From Eledone cirrhosa (taxonomy: Eukaryota), in assembly GCA_964016885.1 (NCBI GenBank), contig OZ024745.1, positions 27,404,001-27,468,000 of the forward strand: a DNA stretch of 64,000 bases, in the 5' to 3' direction. This document shows, piece after piece, positions 1-12,955 of the stretch. Within the stretch, counting starts at the first letter, position 1. The number at the start of each line of letters is the position of its first letter. A program made the position numbers and the translations under genes. The notes beneath the pieces are model-generated. The model was not told where the DNA came from. It ran no database searches and saw only the letters and a program-made list of their open reading frames with translations.

Positions 1-290
1 AATTTTCTATATTTAATTTTCTATATTTAATTTTCTATATTTAATTTTATATTATTTAATTTTATATATTTAATTTTATATATTTAATTTTATATTATTT
101 AATTTTATATTATTTAATTTTATATATTTAATTTTATATTATTTAATTTTATATTATTTAATTTTATATATTTAATTTTATATATTTAATTTTATATTAT
201 TTAATTTTATATTATTTAATTTTATATTATATTTAATTTTATATCATTTAATTTTATATTATATTTAATTTTATATTATATTTTTTTTTT
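1..290. repeat. AT-rich ~15-16 bp tandem repeat (TTAATTTTATATT/ATT)
   Basis: Direct periodicity is visible. Confidence 0.85.
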
Positions 291-465
291 TTATAATTTA
301 GGATAGCAACTTTTTACCGAAGAGCAAAGTTAATTAAATCAGCCCAGTACTTTATTTTATTGACCCTGGAATGATGAAAGACAAAATTAACGTCACCGGG
401 ATTTGAACTCAGAACGTAAAGAGTCTGAAAAAAACAAACAAATACTGCAATGGTATTTTATCCGA

Positions 466-870
466 CAGTCAGCGACATGACCATTTTCCTGTTCCGCCGT
501 GGTAAATCCCTCATCTGGGATGCCACATGCAGCGACACCTTCTCCAGCGGCAACATGGTGCAGTCTGTGACTAACCCTGGCTCTGCTGCACTTCGGGCCG
601 AGGAGAGTAAACTCTCTAAATATCGGTCACTCTGCGACAGGTTTGCGGTCGAACCCGTAGCAGTGTAAACTTATGGTGTTCTTAGCCCTAAAAGCCCTAA
701 AGCCATATTCCTACTCACCACCATCGGCACAGGTTTGGCTACCCACAGGTGTGAGCCTTGCGAGCTGGAATGGCTCTTACAACGCGTCTCCCTCACCATT
801 TTCCGGGGAAACACCATCTCTATTCTGTTCAACGGGGCCGCGGGCTCCAACGCATGGGTCTCCATCTGCT
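466..870 (+). mobile_element. 3' fragment of CRE-like RLE-type non-LTR retrotransposon (degenerate)
   Basis: Translates MTIFLFRRGKSLIWDATCSDTF...FAVEPVAV*TYGVL...ELEWLLQRVSL. Colinear with 49327-49690. Confidence 0.85.
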
Positions 871-1012
871 CATGAGAGTGAGAGATAGGGAGGGCAGGAG
901 AGACGGAGGCAGTGACAGTGGGAGTTTGGGTCCTTTGTGTTCCAACTTGGTGTATATGTATTTATTTACCGCACCACATGATACATACAGACACACATTA
1001 TCTTTTCCTTAC

Positions 1013-1195
1013 GGTGGCTTGGCAGTATCGGCAGAGAGTCGGAAACCACGCTTTGCAACACTGAGTTATGGCCCATTACGTTCTGAGTTCGAATTCCACC
1101 GAGGTTAACTTTGCCTTTCATCCTTACGGGGTCGATAAAATAAAGTTCCAGTAATGACTGGGATAATTTCTGGCCTTGTGCCAAAAGTAGAAACA
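1013..1195 (+). mobile_element. tRNA-derived SINE (main family) with 16-bp TSD
   Basis: A-box-like TGGCAGTATCGG, B-box GAGTTCGAATTCC and body GCCTTTCATCCTTACGGGGTCGATAAAATAAAG. TSD ATTATCTTTTCCTTAC at 997-1012 and 1196-1211. Confidence 0.9.
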
Positions 1196-1459
1196 ATTAT
1201 CTTTTCCTTACCTCGTTGGTATACTATAAATTAGTTAACAATAGCGGAACACAGAATAAAGGCGTATATAAACCCTAGTACAGTATGTTTATGTATATAT
1301 ATACATCAATACATCATATATGCATTTAATCTTGCAGTGAGTATTCTGAGTTGTGTTCATGTCATAGCTGAGTGGTGAATGTATGACACTCACTGTCGTT
1401 ACAATTCGTCAAATCTCGTTTACTTACGCCCAGATGTCTGGAAGACATTATCATCTTAT

Positions 1460-1860
1460 AAATTTTCGAAACAAACTCTTCTTGGTTTTAATGGTCATGA
1501 ATCTTGGGTAACGACCGAAAGAAAACGATCGAGAATACAAGTTGACGAAATGGGGTGCCTTCGAAAGGTCTTTGGTGTAACATAACTCGATAGTGTGCGT
1601 AGCTCGGAGGTCAGTGAGTCAATCAAGGTAGAGCCGCTACTTCTTCGAATGCAAAGATAACAGTTCCGATACTACGGACATGTGGTTAGACTGTTTCAGG
1701 AAAGAATCGCTGGACATATTTTACTGACAAAACCAACCGGCAGGAGACCTAGAGGTAGATCACGAGCAAAATGTTTGGATAACATCCACTAGATCGGCTG
1801 GTCTAGTTTGAGGGTCCAGTCAGATTATTTGGAGACGGTTGCTTCGGATAAGACCATGTA
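1460..1860 (+). mobile_element. RTE-clade LINE 3' fragment with (TATG)n tail
   Basis: Translates GHESWVTTERKRSRIQVDEMGCLRKVFGVT*LDSVRS...YYGHVVR...GRRPRGRSR, the typical RTE post-RT C-terminus. Followed by (TATG)n. Confidence 0.85.
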
Positions 1861-1959
1861 TGTATGTATGTATGTATGTATGTATGTATGTATGTATGTA
1901 TGTATGTATGTATGTATGTATGTATGAATGCATGTATGTATGTATGTATGTATGTATGT

Positions 1960-2146
1960 TGAGTCACTCTTGAGTGCTACTGGTAACATGTAACCCAGTA
2001 AAACCTGTCGCGTGGGCGGATCGTCAGCGAATAAACCGGCAACCCACCAAGTTTACTTGGTGTGGAGGGTGATTTTGGACACCCTGCAGGACATAAAACA
2101 AAACCTGACAAAGGGTGGAAGAACTCATATACATGTATGCATGTGA

Positions 2147-2241
<95 letters not shown>

Positions 2242-2525
2242 TATATACATGTATGCATGTGTATGTATATGCGCGGGGACATAATCGGACTGGAAACCCG
2301 ATTGTACGGTTAAACCACTGGGAGTGAAGGACCCCTAGCCTTTGTCAGGGCATTCTTCTAGGAGAACGCAACTCAGAAAACTGGGATAACTCCTGCGGCT
2401 CAGTAGTTACTGATGATGTTGATCTTTTCTTATTTTCGGGTTATAATTACTGTCGCTCAGAGAGTGGGAATGGCTCAGTGCACAGTCTTTCTTCACTTCA
2501 CGCACAGACATTGCACGATAGCATT
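1960..2525 (+). mobile_element. Interspersed repeat, probable RTE-type 5' leader, interrupted by a microsatellite
   Basis: Homologous to 30890-31497 on the minus strand. Carries a GGCA...CTAGGAGAA(C/G)G(C/A)AACTC motif of the kind I recall from RTE 5' UTRs. Confidence 0.6.
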
Positions 2526-2539
2526 AATTGATAATTATT

Positions 2540-2725
2540 AATAATTGTTTCTACTTTAGGCACAAGGCCAGCAATTACCCAGTGCATTACTGGTACTTTA
2601 TTTTATCGACCCCGTAAGGATGAAAGGCAAAGTTAACCTCGGCGGGATTTGAACTCAGATCGTAAAGGGACGTAACTATGCTGGAAAGCATGGCGTCCGA
2701 CCCTCTACCGATACTGCCAATCCAT
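2540..2725 (-). mobile_element. tRNA-derived SINE (main family)
   Basis: Reverse complement of the 1013-1195 family. Confidence 0.88.
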
Positions 2726-2796
2726 AATAATGTTATTGTTATATCGTGCAATGGTCATACTCGATAACGAGGGGTCAGTCATCATGTATGTATGTA

Positions 2797-2918
<122 letters not shown>

Positions 2919-3051
2919 TTAGTTATGAGGTTGGTTTCTCATTTTAATTTATCCTTTTAATTATAATATGTTTTTCCCACACCTCTCTTAGCTTACATTC
3001 TCTTTACGGTGGTGGTTTAACATCCTGTAAATGAAAACACACTCTCCTGTG

Positions 3052-3156
<105 letters not shown>

Positions 3157-3740
3157 TTAGATTATCAAGACTACTTTCTGTTGCTACTCTGAGTTTTGCG
3201 GATTGTGCTGGTCACGCAAGTGGAAATAATCTTCACATAGCACAGTATTTATGGCAAATGTAATGTGTGTGTGGCTGGATCTGACATTTTAAAACTCAAA
3301 TATGATAGTATGTGTATCTACACACACACTCACAATATATATATATTGTGTGTTTATGCATGTGCGCGCGCGTATACACATACATACATGAGTTGCTTTC
3401 CCTGTATAACAAACCTATCAAATATACCTGACGAAATTTTCATATACGGAATAACGTGCGGCCATCTTGGTTTTGCCTGAAGATAACTAAACTAGCAGAT
3501 GTAGAATGCCTATGTCTTCTGCTAGCTGGAATTTGAAACCATAGGTAGCATGCATTTGTATTGAGAACTTACTTACATTTATTTATTAAAAAAAAAAGCC
3601 TTCGTGAGCCACCTTTTTTTTAAAGTAAAAAGAAATTTAAACACAAACTGGCGCGAAAGCTTTTTTTCCATATAAAACAGAAGTAACAATCAAAGACCAA
3701 CCAGATGTGAAAAAAACTATAAACCCTCCATCTCAATTCT

Positions 3741-3776
3741 ACTTTTGAAAAGCAGAAGAACTGCGAAACCGGTAAA
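3741..3776 (+). ncRNA. Minimal hammerhead ribozyme-like motif, U3-A8 core variant (stem I truncated)
   Basis: TTGAAAA-GCAG(AAGAA)CTGC-GAAA-CCGG-TA. Same family as 20211-20248. Confidence 0.55.
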
Positions 3777-3908
3777 TATATATATTACACATTTACACAT
3801 ACACACACAAACACTCACATGCTTATATATATACTGGATACTATATAAAGTGTTTCTAACTATTTTCACGCAATGTGTATTCTCTTATTTCGGAACATTT
3901 CTTTCGAA

Positions 3909-3962
<54 letters not shown>

Positions 3963-4367
3963 CGATATAAGGATAATAAAAGAACAACAGAAAGAAAGCA
4001 AGCCAGGAAAGCTTGAGACGAAAACACGGTATCAATGAAGCAGTGAATGGCATCTTCGTTTTCAATGTCACTGCTGTCCATAGTAAAACATATAATTCAA
4101 TGAAGTTTCATTACTGGAGTCGTTGAAAATGGCCGCCGCTGTTGATGACGTCAGAAGGTGATGACTAAAGGCGGGAAGACGCCGGCTAGTGTGCAGCATT
4201 GTATAATGTATTTAACAGATGAAAAGACAGCTAAATTGAAAATTTTACTCGTCTTTTGCTTATTATGTTTCGATGGAATTAGGCGGCAATAGAGTAAATT
4301 GAAGAGGAGCTATATGGATACACAGGCATATAGATAGAATGATAGTTAGCTAGCTAGATAGATAGAA

Positions 4368-4432
<65 letters not shown>

Positions 4433-4443
4433 AGTGTGTGTGT

Positions 4444-4517
<74 letters not shown>

Positions 4518-5183
4518 AGATAAATTCACACACATACAGGTGTATGAATAAATAGAGAGGTAGATAGACAAACAGACAGATAGATAGATAGCTAGAGATA
4601 GATTTGGAGGAATGCAAGATAAAGAGAGAGATGATAGAGAAAGACGGGAAGAGAGAATGAGTGAAGGAAAGAGGGAGAGAGTGAGAGAGAAATAGAGAGA
4701 GAGGGAGAGAGCGAGAGAGAGAGAGAGAGAGAGAGCAAACAAAATAATGAGTAAACGGACCGACATGAATATGAGGAAGAAATATTGAGAAGGGGGGGGG
4801 GGCTGTAAGGAAAGATGAGAGAGGGGGAGGGGGAGGGAGGAGAAAACGTAGCAGAAAGAGGAGGTAAAAAAGGAACAACAAAATAGTAAAAAGAAGCAAT
4901 ATAACTAGAAGCTTTGTGTGGGGAGGGGTAGAGAAGGAGGAGGAGGAGGAGGAGAAGAAGAAGGAGGATGAGGATGAGGAGAAGGAGAAGAAGAAGAAGA
5001 AGAAGAAGAAGAAAAAAAGAAGAAAAAGAAGAAGATAACGAGAGAGAGAGTTGGGAAGACAGAGTGTCAAAAAAAAAATATATATATATAGAGAGAGAGT
5101 AGAGAGAGAGAGAGGAGAGAGAGGGAGATAAGGGAGAGTGAGAGAATATGTGCGTATGTGTGTGTGCGAGAAAGAGGGTGTGT

Positions 5184-5252
<69 letters not shown>

Positions 5253-5489
5253 TGAGAGAGAGAGAGAGAGAGAAATAGAGAGATAAAGAAAGAGAAGCTA
5301 GAAACACTATAATCCCTCTTTCCCAAAAAGGAATGGAAGCCCCGCCTCCCCACACATTTTGGGGAGGAATTAAACGGCTTGGAGACAAAATATTTTTGTG
5401 TTCTGTAATAATTGTTTCGAATGGTAGCTGATACAAATGGTGAGTAAATATCACTGACGATCGTTTCAATAGTAAATTGATAAGATTTA

Positions 5490-5765
5490 GTGGCTTTGTG
5501 AAGTGGGAATTTGGCTCACAATCGTAAGCTCATAAACTTGATTCCCAGCGGCACGCTGTGTCCTTGAGCAAGACACTTTATTTCCCGTTGCTTCAGTCCA
5601 CTCAGCTGGCAAAAATGAGTTCTAACTGTAATTCGAATGGCTAGCCTAGTCACATTCTACGTTAAGGCTACATGTGTTTGTGGAATGCTCAGCCACTTGC
5701 ACGTTAATTTCATGAGTTCTGTTGAGCATATCAACCGGCACACTCATCGTCGTAACCGACGGAAT
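5490..5765 (+). mobile_element. Second SINE family (GTGTCCTTGAGCAAGACACTTTATTTC core)
   Basis: Core shared with reverse copies at ~9215-9395, ~43960-44270 and ~57215-57320. Confidence 0.75.
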
Positions 5766-5787
5766 ATCACAAGTACGTAGATAAATA

Positions 5788-5973
5788 CGATGGTCGGCTG
5801 AAAAGTTCATAGGCTGACTATGAAGGATTGCAAAATCTTGCCAGCATTAATTTCAACTCTTCTTATTTATAACTGCATTGTTTCTTTCCAGGAACTATGT
5901 TGAAAAATAAACTTCATTTGGTCATTCCATGAGAGTATCTTGGTCAGCCTATGTACTTTTCAGCGAACTCTCG
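5788..5973. mobile_element. Tc1/mariner-type MITE
   Basis: Imperfect ~30-bp TIRs CGATGGTCGGCTGAAAAGTTCATAGGCTGAC / GTCAGCCTATGTACTTTTCAGCGAACTCTCG, flanked by TA. An inverted copy lies at 42432-42629. Confidence 0.85.
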
Positions 5974-6104
5974 TACATTATATTTAGTATTTAGTTGTTA
6001 GAAGGCGAAAGTACTGGGATCCATTATCCTCTCCCCTCCCCCCCTCTCTCTCTTTGTCACACAGATTATTTCTCTGTTTCTCTCTCTCACACACACAAAA
6101 CCTC

Positions 6105-6655
6105 TTAATAACAACACAGTAACAACACAATAACAACAGTAGCAACGCAATAACAACACAGTAACAACACAATAATAACACAATAACAACACAATAACAA
6201 CACAATAACAACACAATAGTAACACAATAACAACACAATAACAACACAACAACACAATAGTAACACAATAACAACACAATAACAACACAACAGCACAATA
6301 GTAACACAATAACAACATAATAACAACACAATAACAACACAATAACAACACAATAACAATACAATAGTAACACAATAACAACACAATAGTAACACAATAA
6401 CAACACAATAATAACACAATAACAACACAATAACAACACAATAACAACACAATAGTAACACAATAACAACACAATAACAACACAACAACACAATAGTAAC
6501 ACAATAACAACACAATAACAACACAATAACAACACAATAACAACACAATAACAACACAATAGCAACACAATAGCAACACAATAACACAATAGCAACACAG
6601 TAGCAACACAATAACAACACAATAACAACACAATAACGACACAATAACGACAGAC
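6105..6655. repeat. 11-bp minisatellite (ACAATAACAAC)n
   Basis: Direct periodicity. Lies ~45 bp into the intron after VMAT exon 4. Confidence 0.92.
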
Positions 6656-6698
6656 ACACTACTAAAAGAAAGATAATAAAAATATGGCGACTACTTAC

Positions 6699-6782
6699 CT
6701 GCTATAGTAACACATGCTGAGCCAATGCCATGTAAGGAACGGGCTATCAGCAATGGTATGTAGGTTTCCCCAAATATGAATA
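6699..6782 (-). CDS. VMAT: SLC18A/VMAT-like coding exon 4
   Basis: TACAG acceptor. Translates LFIFGETYIPLLIARSLHGIGSACVTIAG, similar to VMAT TM4 ARSLQGIGSSC. G|GTAAGT donor; phase 1. Confidence 0.9.
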
Positions 6783-6842
6783 CTGTACGATGATAAATGG
6801 AAACAAAGACATTCTATAATTATGTATACATACAATCCAATG

Positions 6843-6909
<67 letters not shown>

Positions 6910-7167
6910 TGTGTACGCGCGCACACTTGTGTGTCTAAATATGTGATTTGGTAAATACGTGTTAGAAAAGGGCCCCCAAGCTCATGAACTCAGAAAAGGC
7001 CATTACATCATGGGGAAGAGGCACAATGGGCCAAAAGTGAGATGAAGTGGAATTACGGTGCTGGAGCCTTAACTACAGGCCTGCAAACCTCTAAAAACCC
7101 GAACGGAGAGTACCATGTAAAAAGTGCCTCAAAACGGGGAGAAATGAAGCAAAATGGGGAGATTTTA

Positions 7168-7355
7168 TATAATTGTTTCTACTTTTGGCACAAGGCCAGC
7201 AATTACCCAGTGTATTACTGGTACTTTATTTTATCGACCCCGTAAGGATGAAAGGCAAAGTTAACCTCGGCGGGATTTGAACTCAGACCATAAAGGGACG
7301 TAACTCTTTGCTGCAAAACATGGCGTCAGACCCTCTACCGATACTGCCAATCCGA
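7168..7355 (-). mobile_element. tRNA-derived SINE (main family)
   Basis: Reverse complement of the family consensus. Confidence 0.88.
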
Positions 7356-8545
7356 CCACAACCAAGATATCGAGTGGATTTAATTGCTATTCCTAGTTAT
7401 TTACTTGGCTTTAGTTAGCATACGCAAGGTTACACAAGTCATTCGTGACTGGAAGGTGGATGATGTTTGGCTAGAATATTTACAATTTAATGTCCATAGA
7501 GAAAATGTAAGCAATGAGGGAATTGATATGGAGGAATGTGGGATTTCTGAGTCTTTTCTGTCGGTTTAGTCAGAGAAGAAAAGGCTGTGCACAAAACATT
7601 TTATAGGGCTTTCGAGATTTTCCGAAGAAATGGAGGAAGCTTTTCATATGTTCAGACCTATACGACCTATACGAATGTTAACAACAGAATGGATCCCACT
7701 AAGGACAACCATGAATCAAATAGTGTTAATCTTTTACCAACGAAGAATGGTTACAATTCCCTCACTCAGTTTCTACTGACTCAGTTATTTAATTCACGAA
7801 GCTTCGGTCACCTTGAGTGTATGGCAGGGTGTGGCGCTAAAAAGAAACGTTGGACTAGATTCCAGACCTCAGTCGTTGACCGAGTGGGTGGAACTCGTCA
7901 AATTCGACCAAGGAAGCAATGTTTCAATTGGTCTTTCCATTACTGGTGCTATCTACCGGTCGCAACTTCTGGCAGAAAGAGGAACATGAAATAAAGTGTC
8001 ATCCCGGTCCGGGAATCGAACTCGCAACCGCACGATTGTGGCGCTAGAAACTCAGAAACATGCTATTGTGAAGCGAAAATTTAACCATACGGCCATACTT
8101 GCCCTCGTTTTGAGTGGTTGATAATTGTATATATCTTTTGTGTATTTGTCCTTGTTTGAACAAAACATGTAGAGGATAGTGTTGTGTATATTGAAGCAGA
8201 TTGATTGTGTTCTTGTTTCGTTGTATACTTTGTTTATGAGCGTAGCTCAAGCTGCTGAGTTTCTGAAGATTGTAACGATGTAAAGTTGACCATGCTTTCG
8301 AATTCATGTTAAACCAGCATTAAAGTTAAAGAAAAGACTTGTTACATTATGTTATATTATTCGTATGATGCGAATGAATGTTATTCGGGATAAATTCTAC
8401 TGATTACACACACACACACTCACTCACTCACTCACACACACACACGCACACACACACTCACTCACTCACTCACACACACACATACACTCATACACTCATA
8501 GACTATAAATGTCAGTAACATGTAGAAAATAAAAGAAGTACTTAC

Positions 8546-8604
8546 AACAGGCCGATGCCATGATCACTAAACATCCAAGAAAGACTGGAATTGCATAACC
8601 AACT
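8546..8604 (-). CDS. VMAT: SLC18A/VMAT-like coding exon 3
   Basis: GAAG acceptor. Translates (R)VGYAIPVFLGCLVIMASAC, similar to VMAT RIGYPIPxFxG. GTAAGT donor; phases 2->1. Confidence 0.88.
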
Positions 8605-8829
8605 CTTCAATGATGAACAATGAAATATATGAAGGATATTTTATTGAGAACCAGAATACATTAAAATATAAAACAAATATTGCTTCAAGAATTATAGTCC
8701 GATTGTACAGGGAGAAGAAAAGGAAAACGAAAAGGAGAAAAAGAAAGAAGGGTCAAGCAACGAAAGGAGAGGGACAGTAACTACACCCCAATCTGAGCGG
8801 TGGTACAGCCGCGCCCCGCAGACAAAACG

Positions 8830-8945
8830 GAGACTGGCCAGAGACACCCGCTGCAACAGCCACCCCACCTCACGTGGCTACGTCCTTAAGCTGACCACCG
8901 TCTGTGCGGAGGTAATCAGCAGTGCGGGGACCAAGGACGCCAAGA
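8830..8945 (-). mobile_element. Short 3' fragment of CRE-like retrotransposon
   Basis: The reverse strand reads GVLGPRT...EVGWLLQRVSLA, matching GVLGSRA...EFEWLFQRVSLA at 49520-49640. Confidence 0.65.
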
Positions 8946-9594
8946 GGAAGCGGTTGGTTAGGCTCCGCTATTAGAAGCAATCTACTCAACTGATACAGTT
9001 AAACGCCGATTATCCGAATTGTATAGGCCGAATGTAACTGATCTTACCGTTTAACAAAGAAAGCTATACTAAATTTAGTTACAAACAAAATGTCTACCGA
9101 GTTTTTATGAGTTTTACAATGCAGACTTTAATGCTTTTTTCCCACAATCCAGATACTGGCGTTCGTTTTCTCTTCACAGAGAAAGTAACAGCAACAAACT
9201 AGATTAAAAAAGACCCCTTTCGGTCATGAATAACCATTGGTTTTCACCAAGAAAGTTCTCTTCTTGGGCACAAACCCCGACAGACGTCGCAACTCATTTC
9301 TGCAGCTGAGTAAACTGGAGCAACGTGAAATAAAGTGTCTTGCTCAAGGACACAACGCATTATCCGGTCCAGGAATCGAATTCACAACCTCACAATATAT
9401 CTATATAGAGAGATAGATAGATAGATTGTCTGCGGTACTGGAACCGGAAAGACCTCAAATCAAAGAAGTACTTGATGCATGGTATGATGCAGAGTGGGTA
9501 TATAAGAGAAATCTACACACACACACACACACATATATATATACACACATACAAACACACACACACATACTACTACTACTACCACCACAACCAC

Positions 9595-9680
<86 letters not shown>

Positions 9681-9727
9681 CAGAAGATAGAAATTAAAAC
9701 CAGACGTATAGTTTTGTTTTGCTTTAC

Positions 9728-10037
9728 CTATTAGTAAATGGTCCTACCAAGAAGTTAAACATCAGTTGAACAATCGCTTTTGAAGAGAGAAGCCAGCCAA
9801 CACGTGTATTTTCGTTGATCGCGTTTAATGGAAAGGAGAAGATATCTTGTACAATACTGAACTTTCCACCACCATTCTGGCTATTACTAGAATTACCAGT
9901 AAAATTTATGTACTGTGTCCGGTTTACTACGATTTGTAAACTTGTGCGGTTATCATATACTTTTAGGTTGAATCCTCTTAAGGTTTGTTTCAGTTGCTCT
10001 TTGTCTTTCTCTATCAAATAATCTGGAATAATCGGTA
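9728..10037 (-). CDS. VMAT: SLC18A/VMAT-like coding exon 2
   Basis: TTTCAG acceptor. Translates VPIIPDYL...ENTRVGWLLSSKAIVQLMFNFLVGPFTNR (luminal loop plus TM2 signature of VMAT). AG|GTAAAG donor; phases 1->2 are consistent. Confidence 0.92.
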
Positions 10038-11221
10038 CTGAAATGTAGGAAAGACAATGAAATATGTTAGTTCAGAGATGAAATGAAACCATAATTATTA
10101 CATATACAACATTGATTTCCTTGTTTCCAAACCCGTGTTCGATATCCCTTTTACCGGATTAGATAATCATCCATCAACATCATTTCGAAGACGGAAACAA
10201 ACTTTCGAACCCTCAACTATAATAATATATACATGGACATCTAACTCCTCAAATCGAAATTCAATGAAGTGGGTGAAATATTTAGAAAGAAGCTCAGTTT
10301 TCTTTTTCCCAGTTTACCGATTCTAGAGTTTCAACGACAGATTTCTAAGCCCTTCATCGATTTTGGTTAATGTAAAACATTAGAAACGCAAGAAAAATTG
10401 ACAAGTAACCATTAAGATACAGCAATTATACATATTAAGGAATCATTTTGCTACTCCTTCTCAGGGTTGAATAAAAACAATCCAGGAGAACTGAATTAGA
10501 ACAAACCAACTATTTTCTATATATTTCAATGTATATCTAAAACGAGATAGGTCTCCCCTGCAATACGAAGTCCTGAAGCTCAATTAACCCATATGTAAGT
10601 ATGTTGACCGGAAGATCAACATATAGAAAAAGGTCCATTGTCGATTAATGTGTTAAACTACCTTCCATCTACCTATTAGTCTCTCCGTGAACAGATTACA
10701 GATTGATGCGCTATTCCTAATGAATGTTTCAAGTAGCACCGAAACTAGTTGAATAGATTTGTCTCTTTTGTGCTCTGAGTTCAAATCCCGCCACTGTCAA
10801 CTTTTCCTTTGATTATTTTGGTGAAATGGTAGATTTGTTAAAAGTTCGGGCAGAATGCTTTGTCGTATATGTTCAGGCTGTGTGCGTTCTGAGTTCAAAT
10901 CTCACTTCCTTCTACCAGAAAATGTGACCGGCAGATAGTATCAACAATGAAAAGACAAATGGAAACAGTTTCTTTTGCTCGATTTTTACGATCAGCTCCT
11001 ATATTTCTTTGAAGATACCAACTTCTTTCCCATCTTTTCTCTCACTCTCTTTCCCATGAATGTTGAGTAAATGATAAATTGAAATAACAACAACCACAAC
11101 AACAACAATAGGTGTAATTCAAAGAAAGAAACAACATATAAATTAGAGGAACAACATTAATGCACACAATAAACTGATTTGCTTTGAAAACTGATTTTCG
11201 AGTCAGTGAACTGTAACTTAC

Positions 11222-11360
11222 CTAAAGCTGTGAGCAGGAAATTATCCAATAGAAGTGTATAGAATATAATGAAGAGTACCATGTGACGAGACCGGAAGAT
11301 CTGGATAATGACGTCAGAGAAAATTCCATAATTGAACAAGGAAATGGCGAGTAAAACCAT
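11222..11360 (-). CDS. VMAT: Vesicular monoamine transporter-like (SLC18A) gene, coding exon 1
   Basis: ATG at 11360. Translates MVLLAISLF...[24 protein letters not shown], matching SLC18A TM1 (LLDNxLLT). Ends with a G|GTAAGT donor, phase 1. Confidence 0.85.
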
Positions 11361-11439
11361 TTTGTCACAGTCGTTATTGATCTAATAGCGAGAGTAAATA
11401 AATTGTATTATAAATACATACATAAGCACACACACACAC

Positions 11440-11510
<71 letters not shown>

Positions 11511-11548
11511 CATACGTATATATATATACAAACAAATATGTGTGTCTA

Positions 11549-11633
<85 letters not shown>

Positions 11634-12003
11634 ACATATATACATGTATACATATATATATATATATATACGTATATATATGTATACATATATATATATG
11701 TATATATATATATACATATATATACATAGATACACACACACATATATATAGAAATGACTTCTACAGGATGATAACTGTTTCATTCGTATGAAATCATTAT
11801 CTATTCTGATAAATACTTTTTTTCTTCTTCAACCTTTCAATCAACCTCATATTTCTCATTCACGATGAAAGACTAACGTCCGATATGTAGAAATATTCCT
11901 TTTCTTTTTCCACCAAACGTAAAACAATGTATAATTGTATCCTATTCTTTTAATCTTGAGCTATATATGTGCCACATTCGATCGCAGCACTGTTAATTGT
12001 TAT

Positions 12004-12069
<66 letters not shown>

Positions 12070-12173
12070 TATGTATGTTTCACTGTCGATCAGCTCGAGG
12101 AACGATCTATTAATGATCGAACCTGACTCTGGAATCGGAAGCCCCTGAGTTATCTGTTAACATGTAGACTCAC

Positions 12174-12247
<74 letters not shown>

Positions 12248-12721
12248 ATGTGTGTGTGTGTGAGTGTGTGTGTGTGTGTATGCATATATACATACGTACA
12301 TTTATATTGTGATAAACAGGCGAAACTCCACAGTAGCAAGACTCATTATTTACCCTTAATACAATGAATATTAAAACTCTACCTCGGTATTGAGTACTTT
12401 TTGCTCTCAATATAATATAATGCCATGATATGTAATAATTACACTAAAATGTTAAGATGTATGAGAAGGGTACTTACCTTATGGTACGATATTATACCTG
12501 TATCAAATTATTAAATACCTTCTATCATACGACTGTAAACTCTATATTCAACAAACATTTCCTTTACATAAATCCTTCTTTAACTGGTTCCATAGATTTC
12601 TTTACTTTACTTGAATTAGTTTTCAAAGAATTCCGCACTTTGTTAATATCTTAAGTTGTAAACGAGTTACGACTAAGCATACATTTCCAGTACTAACACT
12701 AACTTGAGAGTGGGCGGTGGT

Positions 12722-12763
<42 letters not shown>

Positions 12764-12770
12764 CAAAACG

Positions 12771-12950
12771 TATGACCCCGACGGCAGAGCTCAAGCCGTT
12801 TCGACGGCTATTTCCAGAATAGGCCGTCGAAACGGCTTGAGCTCTGCCGTCGGGGTCATATATTTTCCAATTACCCACTCTACTACCCTAAGTATTGAGT
12901 ACTCTGGTGCGTTATAGTCCATCTGGTTCCTTACCACACCTCCTTCGTTA
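12771..12950 (+). mobile_element. Fold-back module A (probable Penelope-type terminus) in (TA)n
   Basis: Perfect 38-bp inverted arms at 12771-12808 and 12823-12860, followed by a tail containing GTATTGAGTAC. A second copy lies at 36423-36616. Confidence 0.7.
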
Positions 12951-12955
12951 TATAT

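Noticed and set aside
1013-1100. tRNA genes
   Set aside because: The A/B boxes belong to SINE heads with an expanded internal spacer and SINE body; no cloverleaf.
4350-6659. Hydrophobic or Cys-rich ORFs
   Set aside because: Products of (GA)n, (GAA)n and 11-bp repeats.
11310-11317. CRE site TGACGTCA near the VMAT start (also at ~51010 in the CYP gene)
   Set aside because: Both lie inside coding exons; there is no independent support for a regulatory role.
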